Shown in pieces: positions 1-14,418 of a DNA stretch of 64,000 nt; positions within the stretch are counted from its first letter, which is position 1; each line of letters begins with the position of its first letter. The stretch is from Octopus sinensis (lineage: Eukaryota), in NCBI RefSeq assembly GCF_006345805.1, contig NC_043000.1, forward strand, positions 143,654,001 through 143,718,000, in the 5' to 3' direction. Both the position numbers and the translations under genes were made by a program. Below the pieces are notes generated by a model. The model made no database searches. It saw nothing but the letters and a program-made list of their open reading frames with translations, and had not been told where the DNA came from.

Positions 1-1045
1 GAAACGTGGTGTTCAAACAAATGCTAAGTTTAAGGTTGTTATCTTTTAATTTTAATCTTATTTTCCGTATCATTTTCATGCCACCATTTCTGACGGTATG
101 GGTACGTTAGTATAATATAACACACACACACAAGCACACAAACACACAATCACATATATTAACAGCTCTTGCACAAACAAAAAATTAAGATGGTTGCGTT
201 TGGAATGTCTTGGACTATTAGAGACCAGGATCATGGGAAACGTGATGCTATACAACACAAAATGGAATAGCAACATTTGAGTGTAACTATGAAAATAACC
301 ATATTTTCCTTCCCCGTTCACACCACAAGCCAAACGTTTCACTTGGAAAATATAAGAATTGTGAACTCGCCAAGGTGCGGAACAATTAAAACTGTATATC
401 TGTCTATGGCAGTGAGGCATTGAAGTAAACAAAACTGTTTGAAGTGATTGATGCACACTCCTATTAAAATGGAATACAGAAGCCGAATATTTTGTGCTTT
501 ATTATTCACGCAGCACTTAAAAATCTAAAAGGTACTCCAAACAATGATAAAAATTGTTGAATACAACACATTATTTATTCACACGCTGAAGAACATGTAT
601 ACAGTAACACACGCAGATATATAGAAAGCTGCACACATATAATACACAAAAATACGATTATAAAGTGTATGATAAAATTATAATATATACTCTGAAACTG
701 CAGCGTTTAAATTAAGTGTATATACATGATAAATATATCATACTTATATGTATATGAATGCCTCTATCATTATACATTGTTGCATCGGTTTAGTCACGGG
801 TAGCGTCTAAAATGTGCATATTTAGGTGTTAGTTATATAGAAAATACATTTATGAGCCAGTATTTTATTAAATTTGTCCCGCTGGTCAAATAGGCATATG
901 AGTGATTGCACAGAATTCGACCATATGTATAGTTAGTTCACAGCTAATGCGAAAGAATCCTTTGGTGGAATAAGATCTCTTCATTTAACGTTTAATTAAA
1001 TGCCACCTCCATATTCACGCATATGTATATTTCTACGTGTAATCG

Positions 1046-1126
<81 letters not shown>

Positions 1127-1439
1127 AAACTGAGAGTTGCTTACTTGCAAATAAATGTGTTAACATGTGATATTTTTGACCGCGGCTACCGTGGTCTTTT
1201 CCATAGGCTTTTCTTTCCACGGATAAACCTTATCTGCTTCCCCTTGACACTTTATATTATGACATTTCTGTGATACACGTTCCCTCTTTATCGTTTTTTC
1301 TCTTTCCTTTTTACGATCCCTTTTGATCGAAAACCTACCCCACATTATTTTCTCGTTCTCCCCAAAAAGAAAAGCTCTACTTTGTAATTTGTCCCGTCTC
1401 TATTCAGATCTGTGTGGCTACTAAAGAAACCTATCTATA

Positions 1440-1482
<43 letters not shown>

Positions 1483-1495
1483 ATCTATCTATCTA

Positions 1496-1540
<45 letters not shown>

Positions 1541-1578
1541 TTGTCTGTCTATCTGTTATATATCTATCTGTCTGTCTC

Positions 1579-1649
<71 letters not shown>

Positions 1650-1690
1650 GTATGTCTGTTTGTCTGTCTGTCTCACTGTCTGTCTGTCTA
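1046..1690. repeat. (ATCT)n and mixed (ATCT)/(GTCT)n tetranucleotide microsatellites (1046-1125, ~1428-1690)
   Basis: Directly visible tandem units; source of ORFs 1412-1729 and 1414-1749. Confidence 0.97.
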
Positions 1691-2402
1691 TCTTTGTTTC
1701 TGTATATATATGTACTTCTCTGTATGTGACTGTGTGTGCATGTGTGTAACAATGATAATTACAAAACAGAACGAAAGTACACCATATTTTTCATGTTGAT
1801 CGCTTTGTATTAAAATTGTTTCACGTTTCATATGGTAAGAAAACAATGCAATTTTAAACACTCACATACACGTGCATGCTAGGTATATTGACGTAGAGAA
1901 ATTCGAAAGGTGTACGTAATTGCCAACAAAAATCCGTACGTACATATATATATACATGCATGCACATGCTTGCACTCCGGAACATATACAATTATCCACT
2001 TACTATACATTTCAGCGTGTTTGTGCGTGTGTGTGACATCAGATCATATGGGCAATTACTTGTTATTCAGAAGTATGGTATAACAATTGAATTAATAATA
2101 GCTCTCCATAAAATATAATCACTGGTGAAGGAATTTCCGTGGAAAGTAGAATACAAAAAAAAAAACGCAGCATCAAATACGCTCACAAACCAACATCCCT
2201 TAGGTTAGAAGAACGACATTATTGCAAACCTGCACATCAACTGCATCGACCCCACCAATCTTAGAGACTTTCAAAGACATCGCATTCTTCGAAGCAAAAA
2301 GGGGATAATATACAATACAAATCAATGCAACATGTACAAGTATCAGTAAACATAAATATGAATCAATAGAAGCCATTTATTTTTCGCATCTACCGTTATC
2401 AT

Positions 2403-2518
2403 TCACACACACACATAAACACACCACACACATACACACACACACATAGATATACACACATACATATATGTGAGTGTGTTTATATATATATATGTGTGTG
2501 TGTGTATATATATGTATA

Positions 2519-2563
<45 letters not shown>

Positions 2564-2570
2564 CTATATA

Positions 2571-2604
<34 letters not shown>

Positions 2605-2735
2605 TGTATATATATATATATATATATATATAAACACGCAGACACACACCCATATATATATATATGTATGTATATTATACATATGTATACATATGTGAGT
2701 GGATGCGTATGCATTTGTGTGAGTGTGTATGTGTG
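2403..2735. repeat. Compound (CA)n/(TA)n/(TG)n microsatellite
   Basis: Directly visible. Confidence 0.95.
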
Positions 2736-3029
2736 CAAAGAGAGAAAGAGAGAGACAGGGAGAATGATATGGGAAGAGAGAGATTTAGTAAGTTATAGAT
2801 ACAGAATTTCAGCACGCTTTAGTATTGGCTCTCTTTTGTTATCGCATATAACTTGATAGTAGAAAAACGTGTTTCTACGTCCTGAAATGTATACGAAAAA
2901 ATTCCTCAAAATATCTCTCTTTGCTGACCAAATGCAAAAACTCTTCAACGCATGTTTTATCGAATAATGGTAGAAAACTCGTTGAAGATACAAGGTGTCT
3001 CATGATGCTGCGTCACATTTTCATTTCAT

Positions 3030-3480
3030 TTACATTAAAGATGGAACACTGTCCTACTTGCTTAACATTGAAGTGATTAATAAAATTCCTCGCATCTTTC
3101 ATATTCTCGTGCAATTACCTCCCACCATGTGTTCCTTCCCCCGTTTAGTCGCATGCATTTTTTTAAAACTCACTTTTATTGAAGGTTATCATGTTTAATA
3201 TGTTTTACAAGTGTACAAATTTGAATTTTGTTTATAATTTTATTTTCATTCTTATAGGATCCCTCTATTTGTCCATGAAATCCTTTTTCAATTTGGTAGC
3301 AATCATTGTCTTTACCTCCATCTCCAAGTGGGGCAATCGTTTAGCTGATTTTAAAGAACACATTCAGTTAGTAATGAAGGGACAAACTCCTGAAATGCTT
3401 CAAAGAGTGTTTCACAACGCTAAGGAAAGATTTGAAGGATGCAGGAATAAAAACATATTGAAAAATGTCAATAAAGGTTT
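3030..3480 (+). pseudogene. Degraded Tc1/mariner-superfamily transposase, C-terminal catalytic region
   Basis: KDGTLSYLLNIEVINKIPRI resembles the QDGA-x-H motif. SLYLSMKSFF plus a frameshifted W resembles SPDLSPCDFFLWG. LADFKEHIQLVMKGQTPEMLQRVFHNAKERFEGC resembles the C-terminal LxELKxxIxxxxxxIxxEMLxRVxxNFxxRLxxC helix. Motif similarity is from recall; no TIR seen. Confidence 0.5.
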
Positions 3481-3811
3481 GACGCAAGATTTATCATTCA
3501 CTCGCCTTCACTCACTCACATTCTCTCTCCTTCTGTCTCGCGCACTTGCACATACGCACACAAACAAACACACACACAAAGTCCAATTCATATACACGTG
3601 CATACATCTTTCACTATCTCCTCTCTTTCAGTTTCTGTTCGCATTTCAAAGCAAATGTCACGTTTTCACTTTCTCTTCTCTTTCAATGTCTGCTTTCTTT
3701 GAAGCACAAAGAAAGAAAAAAACTATTACGGAAATTAACGAATACATTGGAAAACTGAGATTTTTCGATGCTGTTATTATTATTTAGGTCACTGTTTATC
3801 ACTCTTTTCTT

Positions 3812-3900
3812 GGTCTCCTGTTTCCGAAGGCGCAGTTTCGCTCCATCTCATTAATACTTTGCATATACCACATTCCCGCGTTGTTGTTTTTTTCGTGTTG
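3812..3900 (+). mobile_element. Fragment of a dispersed repeat, probably a Penelope-like element terminus; other copies at 4275-4360 (-) and ~49490-49790 (-)
   Basis: 3854-3893 (atactttgcatataccacattcccgcgttgttgttttt) matches the reverse complement of 4289-4327. CCTGTTTCCGA at ~3822 also occurs at 49764. Confidence 0.45.
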
Positions 3901-3955
3901 CATATATTTCTCCGTTTATTTTAATTATATTCTCTCTTCTATTCCTTTAATCTGT

Positions 3956-4195
3956 TACTTGTTTCAGTCATTTGAATATGGCAATGCTGGGGCACCGCAA
4001 TTAGTCGAGCACATCGACCCCAGGACTGATTCTTTTTAAGCCTACTACTTATTCTATCAGTCTCGTCTTCTGGACCGCTAAGTTACGGGAACGTAAACAA
4101 TCCACTATTGTTTGTCAAGCGATGTCGGGGGAACAAACACAGACACACACACATACACACATACACACACACATACACACACGCATACACACACA

Positions 4196-4265
<70 letters not shown>

Positions 4266-4534
4266 AAGATAATTCAAACAAGAAAACAAAAAGACAACAA
4301 CGCAAGGATGTGGAACAAATAAAGTATTATTGGACGCTCAGGAAAGAAGGGAAGAAGGATACATGCATATACATACAACCGGCTTCGTTCAGTTCCCGTC
4401 TACCAAATCCACGTACAAGACTTTGGTAGGCCCGAGGCTATAGTAGAAGACACTTGTTCAAGGTGCCCCGCAGTGGGACTGAGCCCAGAACTATGTGGTT
4501 GCTGAGCAAGGTGCTTACCAAACACCCACTCCTG
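3956..4534 (-). mobile_element. SINE family B (tRNA head, CORE-like segment, internal microsatellite), interrupted by an unrelated fragment at ~4265-4360
   Basis: Collinear with the copies at 10112, 11025, 21934, 41048 and 60586. Confidence 0.9.
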
Positions 4535-4906
4535 GACCTATATATTTGTGCGTGGGTGAGTGCGTGTGTGCGTGTGTATAAGCTGCAATGTAGAGAGTTT
4601 ATATACGCCACTTAAAAAAAACCCACACAAATACCATTTGATTCACTACAACACTTAAATTTAATTCATGTCAAAATATTTTCGACTGTTTGAAACCGCG
4701 ACGTGTTCTTTAAACGGCTTATAAACACCTACCCTGCAATTCTTTTTGTTTCAGTAGACGTTTTCCAACCAAGTCACTTGCTATGCAAGTACATCTCCGT
4801 AATATATATATATATACATATAAAGAGAGAGTGTTTATAATTATGATGAAATCATAATTACAACGGAAACGGTTACAGAAACCCTTATATGCTCTGAAAT
4901 AGCAGT

Positions 4907-5110
4907 CTAAACTTCTATAAAACCTCCATAATCACTCATATTTTTCTCCACAATAACGCTGTCTGGCCGATATGACACATAAATTTCAGAATTTAAAAAA
5001 AAATTGTGTTCAATCTCGACTGCAATTTTGATGTTAGAAAGTTGTTGCGTTATATCATATACCTTATCGTGAAATATAGGATATAAGTAACACACCAGTT
5101 TCATTCTCCT
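4907..5110 (-). pseudogene. Possible remnant of a restriction-like endonuclease (RLE) of a non-LTR retrotransposon
   Basis: The ORF contains FHDKV...YRPDSVIVEK...FIEV, matching the order RHDxV / RPD / (D/E) of RLE domains. Short and decayed. Confidence 0.35.
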
Positions 5111-5217
5111 GATCAGGAGAATATTCCGGTGAATACAAATCGATACAAAATCATATGTTTGGACTCTTAACTAACACGACCGACAAGAAATAATGCATCA
5201 ATTTCTATCCACACATT

Positions 5218-5293
<76 letters not shown>

Positions 5294-6919
5294 TGTGTGT
5301 GCGTGCGTGCGTGTGTGTGTGTGTGTGCGTGGTATACGGCCGTCCACGCAGCGTAGATATTACTTAATTGATCGTTTTGAGAAAGGAACTCTATGCACTC
5401 TTCTGTATGATTTGGAGTGCTGGATTGTCTCCTGCAATATTTCTAAACGGATTCCATGAAGGATAAATGTAATTTTTTTTGCTTCATGCAAGCGTTTTTA
5501 TTACCCATCAGTGTCGCATTGCAGAATGTTTGGAAAGTTCTTGCCATATTTAGGTTGTGAATGAATCATTGATTTTAAATATATTTTTGGGGAGCACCTA
5601 TGATGTTGAGAAAAGAGATAAACACTTCAATTTTAGTTTTTATAGTTGTTTTTGCTCTCAAAAAAAGTTGTTTATTTTTCCTGATTATTTGTACATGGTG
5701 ATGTTTTATGGTGTTTACTCAAGTTTTGTGTTGACATTTTAGTATGCATATATTTATATGTGTTCATAGACAGATTAGTGTAAATTCTCACTTTTGTAGA
5801 CGTGAGAAATACCTGATTTTATGTGCACATACATATACACATACTTAAAAAGATACATGTACACAGGCACATATAAGTAAATAAGAGAGAGTCACACAAA
5901 GAGAGAGAGAGAGAGAGAGAAAGAGATGTTTTAGCTATTACAAGAAACAAAACTTTTCAATTTGACCCATTTTTAGAAAGTGTTACACTCTTACTCACAC
6001 AAAAGAACACGCACACATACATACATACATATTTTATAATATATTATATCATATGTTATATATTTACCTTTGCGAAGAAGTTATATGAGATTGCATTGTA
6101 TTCGAATAGCACGTTGGTTCTAGCAACAGTGATATTATTTTCCTGTATACGCATAAAGGAATTGAAAAGAAAGGGCTAATATTGTTCTCATTTGTGTTTG
6201 TTAAACTTTCATGCAGTCACGATGTGTCAGAATCAGATTGCTAGCTAGCAGAGCAAAATTTCTAAGATTTTCTTTCGTGATATTTACGACAAGGTATTTT
6301 GCTTTGTGACTTCAGATGAAAACAGATTAGTTACATGAGATTTCGGAATGATGTTTGGTGAAGAATAATACGCAATTATTCCAGAAGTCCAGAAGTCACT
6401 TTACATCTGTCTTTTCATAACAGCATGCGTCACATCTATTAGAGCCAATGCATGACACGCAATTACATAGTATATGTGTTTATGCATATCATTATACAGT
6501 ACAATAATGTGTATAAGCAAACCCATTAGGTATGTACATGTAATTTTTTGAAGCATTGTGTAAGGAAGCAATGCATGTTTAAATCCCAAAGACTACACTG
6601 GAAGGAACACGTTAGTTAGCTAGCACAGACTACTAAACTGACTGCATATTATATTTCATGATGTGTCAGATTTTTCGTCGCGCAATTGTGAAGTAGTGAG
6701 GAGCATAGACTCATTGAGACTGCTGGTGATTTAATGACCATTTCTTCTTTCTGTTAGGAATTTTTACTGTTAACCAAACTAAGTTAGTCACGAAAATATT
6801 TGTAATCCTTTCGTTACAATTTAGTTTAAACTTGCGAAGTTTTGTGCACGTTCCTTTAAAATATTTATCAGGTTGTATTTATAAAGAATGCAATTCGTAA
6901 GTTTACTAATCAACAGAGA

Positions 6920-7135
6920 GAGAGAGAGAGGAGGAGGAGGAGGAGGGGGAGAGAGAGGAGGTTGGGAGGAAGATACAAGGACGAAGTGAGACAGAAAAGG
7001 ACAGAGGGAGAGATAGTGATATATATGTAGAGAAGAAGAGAGAGGGGGGAAATACAGATATACAGGGAGATAGAGAAGTAGAGGGCGATAGAGAAGTATA
7101 GGGCGGGAAGGGGAGAGAGAGAGAGAGAGAAATAT
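6920..7135. repeat. Polypurine (GA)n/(GGA)n low-complexity tract
   Basis: Directly visible. Confidence 0.9.
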
Positions 7136-8419
7136 ACGCACATCATGACCACTTATGTGAGTATGTATATGAAAACTTTAATTCGTACGTCAATATTCGC
7201 ATAATCATTACGCATACGTATATACTCACGCACACTTGCATATTTAGGGAACGTAACTTATAGTCCACCAAACACGCATACACAGACGCTCCAGTCATGC
7301 TAAATCAAGCGAGAGTAACAGAATGTATTTTAAAAATCTGAAATAAACACGTCAAGAATAATAGCGAAAGAGGAAGTGTCAGTGATCGAACTAAAATACA
7401 AATGATGAGATTATAGTCTGACATACACGAAACCAATGTAATCTTCATGAGAAAAGGCATTATTTTTAAATGCCAATATTAATTTGAATGAGATGAAGTG
7501 AATTACTTCACTTTTAGTTACGCCGGGATTGTCTAATTTTTGTTTTTTTTTTGGTTCTGTATTTCATTGGTTTTGTTTCGCTTTAAATGACATGATTTTC
7601 AAGTAAAACTTTTAACAACATATATGCAACTACATAAATGAACATATTTATTATGTTTCATAACTTGGGAAATTCATAAACGGAAGGTATGATCGTTAGA
7701 ACTGACACTGGTTGAATCCTGCTATTTATATATCGGACACCAAAATTATTGTAGCAGCAAAACCATAACCATTTGAGTGGCTGACGATATGTCCATCTCT
7801 AATCACGAGCAGGAGTGGTTAAGGAGCATCATAGTCATATGCTAAGAGGAATTCGTGAGGTTTCAATATTTCACATCTAGAAACATGGGTGTTTTGTTCA
7901 ACATCCTTAAAAAAATCTCTGTTCTAAGATCTTTTGAGCAGGATGGGCCACTCAACTTGAAGAAATTATAAGTGGGCCTCACCTGCAAGGTTATCTGCTG
8001 TCTATCTTGATATAAGATCGCCATGTCACGCACATACGGTTGTGATGCATGTCCCACACATACGGTTGTGATACATGTAGTCATGATGGATGTATTGAGC
8101 TTCGTATATTTTACCCCAGAGACAATTTCATGGCGTGTACTGCTCTCTCAACAGCAATAGCAGCAGCAGCAACAACATCAGCAACAACAATATTAGTAAT
8201 GTTGATGAGATTTTTACATTGCATAAGACTACACATTTGATCGAGAATTTATAGTCGATTAAGGTGTCATTTTAATTATTGGAATAAAATGTGAACACGT
8301 CCTTGACTGCGTTCTAAATTTGAAAATTAAAGTGATGGAGCTTAAATACTGCAAAGCTTCTTTTGGGTGCTGTATGAATTCCTCCGTAACAATCATGAAA
8401 TATTAACAGTGTTGTCTTT

Positions 8420-8811
8420 TATTTGGAGGGGGGGTACGTGGTCTGGAATTTCGAAGTGTCAGAAAGTTGATTACAAATGCGCAATTGGCACTCATGTTAG
8501 TGATCCTGGAAACATGAAATGCAAATCACTATCTGCGGAATTTGACCTTGCAACATAAAGACGGACGAAATGCCGCAAATATTTCGTCCAGGATGCTAAC
8601 GATTCTGCCAGCACCGGCCTTAAAAGAACAAAAAAATATTACTAATTACATTTTTTATTATAATAGTTTCTATTATAGGTACCAAGGCTAAAATTGTGGG
8701 AACCGCCAGTCGATATCATCGACTGCAGTCATTGAGTGTTACTTTAATTTATCGATACTGAAAGGATGAAAGGCTATTTTAACTTCGGCGGAACCCGAGC
8801 TCTGAATTTGA
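8420..8811 (-). mobile_element. Two degenerate SINE family A copies (~8420-8619 and ~8690-8811)
   Basis: taaagacggacgaaatgccgc...gctaacgattctgccagc and gaaaggatgaaaggc...cggcggaa match the reverse complement of family A. Confidence 0.7.
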
Positions 8812-10069
8812 AAACAGAGAGAGAGAGTAATGTGTACCACAGGGCATTGTCGGATGCTCTAACGATTTTGCCAATTGATCGATAAGATTAATAATTATCT
8901 TTTCTTTAATAAAATAATGATTTCTTTTATTGACCACATGAACCCAGATATTGGGCATGATACACGTGACTAATACCAAAAAAAGCAATAAAACTTTTAA
9001 AAATTCCAGAAACAGCCAGCATTTATATCAAGTAAAAAGCTGAGATCACTTACAACTTTATAAGCAAAAATATGTGCTATAATCACTAATCAAACAATTA
9101 TTTCCACTCCTCTCCTCCTTCCAATCCTATCACTTATCAGGCTTTTTTTTTGTAGCTCTAGTAAAATTTGTGTATGATATTTAGCGATAGTAAAAATGCG
9201 GCTAATAAACTAATGACAAATATATACAGTATTTATTAAGTAGTCTTGACAGAAGTTAAGTGCTGTCTCTTGTCAGACAACGAAGCGTAATGCTTCTTAA
9301 TTCACTTGCGTATATCATAATGTAGCTAGAAATACAAGCAAATCTCTCATCTTGTTATATAATCACGTTTGATAAATGCGTGGCTAAAACACAGATGATT
9401 TAGTTGTTTGTATTTTCGCTGACTTTCTTTTCCCTTTTGATAGTGAATTATTGTCATTTTAATTGTAATTTTGATGAGTGTTTACTATTTTACACTGCAG
9501 AAATATTGAAATATAGGGAAATGACTAGAGAAAATATACTGATGGACAGATTTTCAAATCGTTTCGTTTTTATAGCTAAATTAATAGCTACATACAAAAT
9601 GTATGCAATTTTCTTTAAATCCTTGGGCAGGATTTTGAGTAGGTGGAATATTTGACCTGATATATAATCAATATTTCACTTTTTGCGAGTGCTGTAAAAC
9701 AAAAATTAATCCTTTTGAGAATCGGTTCTACATTTCAGCTTTGATTGATTCACGGTTATCTATTTTATTTTCATTATTTTTTTATCTCAATAAGTGAACA
9801 ACAACTACATTAGTTACCGGTTTCCATCGGACCAATCGCAATTTCTGTGCATATTTAAAGGCGAGAGTGGGAGATAAAGGGGAATCTATAAGTCGAATAT
9901 GGACAACTAATTTAAGTGACATCGTTCATAATATTCAGTCAGCTTCTGTACATACTTTCCCATTATACAGAGAAGCATACGCACAAGTTCTGCGCGCGCA
10001 CACAAACACACTCTCACACACCACATACACATGCCTTTGTGTATATATGTTTGTACGTGCAATTTATAT

Positions 10070-10111
<42 letters not shown>

Positions 10112-10113
<2 letters not shown>

Positions 10114-10276
10114 CGCAGGAGTGGCTGTGTGGTATGTAGCTTGCTAACCAACCACATGGATCCGGGTTCAGTCCCACTGCGTGGCATCTTGGGCAAGTGT
10201 CTTCTGCTATAGCCCCGGGCCGACCAATGCCTTGTGAGTGGATTTGGTAGATGGAAACTGAAAGAGGCCTGTCGTA

Positions 10277-10320
<44 letters not shown>

Positions 10321-10513
10321 TGTGTGTGTTTGTGTGTCTGTCTTTGTCCCCCTAGCATTGCTTGACAACCGATGCTGGTGTGTTTACGTCCCCGTCACTT
10401 AGCGATAGAATAAGTACTGGGCTTACAAGGAATAAGTCCCGGGGTCGATTTGCTCGACTAAAGGCGGTGCTCCAGCATGGCCGCTGTCAAATGACTGAAA
10501 CAAGTAAAAGAGT
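10112..10513 (+). mobile_element. SINE family B, near full length, inserted in (TA)n
   Basis: A box TGGCTGTGTGGT, B box GGGTTCAGTCCC, CORE-like CTTGGGCAAGTGTCTTCT, internal (TA)(TG) tract, 3' end GAAACAAGTAAAAGAGTA. Confidence 0.93.
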
Positions 10514-10558
<45 letters not shown>

Positions 10559-10849
10559 AAGAAAGGTGGAGAGAGTGGAGAAGGTTTGTATAGTTTCAGT
10601 TCAGTAGCTTCCATGTACTATGCCTCTTCCAACCGTCGACATTTCTATAAGGCACTTAACAAATTTCTCTGTAAAATCGCGGCTAAATCGACGTGGTTAC
10701 GAGGAAAGATTTCTAAGTAAAATGTCATCCTGTTCCCAATGTCATTACCTTAAGTGGAAAGTATTTGAGTAAATCACAAAACAAAATATATTGGTTTCAA
10801 ATTTGGCACATGCTGACAATTTCAAGAGATGAATAAATCAATTACATCA

Positions 10850-11010
10850 ATAACCGTTCCCAATTACATCAACATCCCTCCCAAGGAACAAGTGATAGGG
10901 ATGAAAGACAAACTTTACCCCAGCGGCGTTGGAACTGAGAACGTAAAGTCGAAACAAGGTTGCTAAGCATCATGTCTGGTGCTGTGTAACTTTTCTGCCA
11001 GCTTACCACA
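10850..11010 (-). mobile_element. Degenerate SINE family A
   Basis: ggaactgagaacgtaaag...ttttctgccagcttaccac resembles the reverse-complemented family A head. Confidence 0.55.
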
Positions 11011-11024
11011 TTTATAATACAGTA

Positions 11025-11261
11025 TACTGTTTTACTTGCTTCAGTCATTTGACTGAGGGCATGCTGGAGTACCGCCTTTGGTCGAGCAAATCGACCCCGG
11101 GACTTTTTTCTTTGTAAGCCTAGTACTTATTATATCGGTCCCTTTTGCCGAACCGCTAAGTTACTGGGACGTAAACACACCAGCATCGGTTATCAAGCGA
11201 TGTTGGGGGACAAACTCGGAAACACAAACAGATACACATACATACATACATACATACACAG

Positions 11262-11314
<53 letters not shown>

Positions 11315-11484
11315 CATACATATACACGACGGACCTCTTTCAGTTTCTGTCTACCAAGTCCAGTCACAAGGCTTTGGTCGACTTGAGGCTATAGTAGAAG
11401 ACTCTTGCCCAAGGTGTCACGCAGTGGGGCTGAACCCAGAACCATGTGGTTGGTAAGGAAGCTACTTACCACGCAGCCACTCCT
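11025..11484 (-). mobile_element. SINE family B, full length
   Basis: Reverse complement is collinear with 10112-10513. Confidence 0.93.
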
Positions 11485-12844
11485 AAAGATTGATATTGGA
11501 ATTGTAAAGGATAATTCATTGTAAAATATTCTGACATCTGAAGATACCAGTGTTATGTACCAGTCTTTTGATCTTAGAATTCTACCCGTTTCTTGAATTT
11601 TCCCTACATTAACTATAATTTCCATAACATTGATTTCATGTAGTGAGGTCTAATCAATTTAATACATCAGTTATATTTCTGCTGTCGTTTATACAATTAC
11701 AGTTACCCAAATTGTTACAGTCAATTTAATAATTCAATTTAACTCAACGATACTACAGCAATTCTTTTCCAAATTGTAAGAAGCCGTGAAAGTAATGCTG
11801 ATTTGAAATTTCCTTATATGTTAGCGAATACCAGGTGTATTTATATCTGAGTAAGTTATTTTACTATGGAAAGTAAATTTTCCTCTATGATGATTTGAAT
11901 TCAATACTAAAACTGCACAAATCGCCATAAATTATTCTAATTAGAACTATGTTGTTTTTTTCTAATGAATTTTGAATTTAAATCAAATTAATATGGTATC
12001 TAACTTAATAGGTATAAATCTGATCGTTTCTCTTTTATTTGTATTCCAGTTCATGCTACTGTTTAAAATCAGCTCTATCTTCACTGTGTAAACTTATGAT
12101 CAATATTTCAGAATAATGAATAATGAACCCAGGGCACGTCATACCATTTGTTTATTTACAAGTTTACAGATTTGTTTAACGGAAATTTAGCTGCTATTTT
12201 TAGCAGTTCAACTAACCATTTACTGACGCTTCTATTTCAATGTTAAACAAACATCCGTACATGCTATGTTATCATATGATGATTTTCCGGTTAATTATGT
12301 TAAAATATTCTATTACACATTATTATTAAATATTCGTACCATAGTTAAACGTTAAAGATTCCTCAGAGAGTTATCTTAAAGAGTTTTCAATTCTAATTAG
12401 AATACATTTCCATAGTTTAATGCCGGAACTGCTCATTACTTATGCGATATTAGTCTAAATTTATCATTACGATATAACCGTATTAGAGCTCTGTGTCAAC
12501 GTAAACGGAATCTGTGGAGTCTGGATCTTCATGATTGTCCGTTCTGTTTACAAAATTTCACTTCACTAAAGGTTATTATCTCTTGTCCGGAGCGTGTTCT
12601 CAATTTCTACTTGTTAGAAGTAAGACCCAGATCATCACTAGATTACACCCATCTGTTAATATATAAATATGCAACATCTGAACGAAAGATCATCTTTGAG
12701 AATTTTATTCGTAGTTTAGTCTGCTTGCTAAGATCAAATTTTCCCTTCATCGATACTTGATAGATATGATAAAATACCGATCAAATACTAAATCTCTATA
12801 GTCGATAACCACTTTCCAAATTTATAACCTCGTGCCTAAGGAAC

Positions 12845-13062
12845 AATTAGCATGGTGGATTCGTTGAGTCGTTAAAGACTCGGTCAAAATGCTTGCGGTA
12901 TTCAAATTGGCTCTTTGCGTCCTGAGTTCAAATCCAACTGGGATACATTATCCTTCAGACCTTTCGAATTGATAAATTAAAGTAGCATTGAAGCAGAAAA
13001 GATTATATAATCAACGATTCAACTATATCAAATATCACAACCCATGCATAAATTAGAAACAA
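12845..13062 (+). mobile_element. Old, degenerate SINE family A-like copy
   Basis: aaaatgcttgcggtatt...ctgagttcaaatcc...cctttcgaattgataaattaaagta. Confidence 0.55.
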
Positions 13063-13685
13063 TTATGTTTGCTTAACATCATAAAAGTGAGTGATTGCAA
13101 TCAAAATAATCGGTTGTATGGAGCCAAGTTTTTCTTTCTGAGTAGTAAGTAGAACGTTTTACGTTCTCAGTTCACAACATTATCATATTCCATTCGCCGT
13201 TTCACCTTACGCTTCCATTGATTCACATTTCGACTCCGTACGGAAAATGACGACTTCACACCCCAACAAAAATTATGCGAAGTAACCTATATCATAAATC
13301 ATCATTAACGACACCATCATCAAATCTGATGTATAAATAAAATCTCCTTTACTTACTTTCTGTGAAACTCTAAGTTAAAACCTTATCGTCCATCCAATTT
13401 ATGTTCATGCTCCCAGGCCTAGTATACAAGAACAAGTTATATATTCGTGTCCGTTCCACGCCTCCGCACTAAAGACATATTTGTGGCCTTGTATGAAAGA
13501 TAGAAATGCTTGTTATCATTATTTTTATATTCATCACAAAATTGATTATGCTATAATGTCGTATTTTATTGCCACAAGGGCAATTGATTATAGTATAATA
13601 ACAAAAACTTTTTACGTTGTTCCTAATGCATTATTAATATAGTGTCAAATAATATACTACGGCCAGTGCTGTTGCTGCTAATGAC

Positions 13686-13687
<2 letters not shown>

Positions 13688-13725
<38 letters not shown>

Positions 13726-13858
13726 TAATATAATAATAATAATGATAATAATAATAATGATGATAATAATAATAATAATAATAATGATAATAATGATAAT
13801 AATAATAATGATAATAATGATAATAATAATAAAAATGATAATAATAAAGATAGTAATG

Positions 13859-13907
<49 letters not shown>

Positions 13908-14366
13908 TAATAATGTTAATAATGATAATAATAAAAATGATAATAAAAATAGTAATAATAATAATAATAATATTAATAATAATATTTTTTCTTTTTGTTT
14001 GTTTGAGCAGCTTCTTGGTATTTTCTTGTTGTAAGTGTTATTATGAGAAACTTTGCCATCTTAATCATCTCTTGTTGGCACCAGTTTGATGCTGAATCTG
14101 AACGGAGCTAATTTTATAACATGCTTGTGTTAATTAGAAGGTACATTCTTCGGCTTTCTCCAGTGCAACGAGTTAACTTTAGTTATTACTAAAGCTTCAC
14201 TCGAATTTATATATGGCTTCGTTTTACTTGATTCATTAATGTCTATATTTTTCGATCTTTCGTTGAAATAATTATCATCATTAACATTATTATCATCACT
14301 ATCATCAACACTGCAACAAATATCATCACCGTTGTTGTTGTTCTCAAAATCGATGATGACGATGAT

Positions 14367-14418
<52 letters not shown>

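Noticed and set aside
201-414. miR-1-like (TGGAATGT, 201) and miR-34-like (TGGCAGTG, 407) starts
   Set aside because: Only the seed matches, and no precursor hairpin is seen.
3179-3787. Longest ORF (202 aa) as a host gene
   Set aside because: Flanks are low complexity, and the only protein-like part resembles a decayed transposase.
8031-8078. 26-bp-period duplication cacatacggttgtgat
   Set aside because: Two units only, inside a probable dispersed repeat; ordinary slippage, not a CRISPR-like array.
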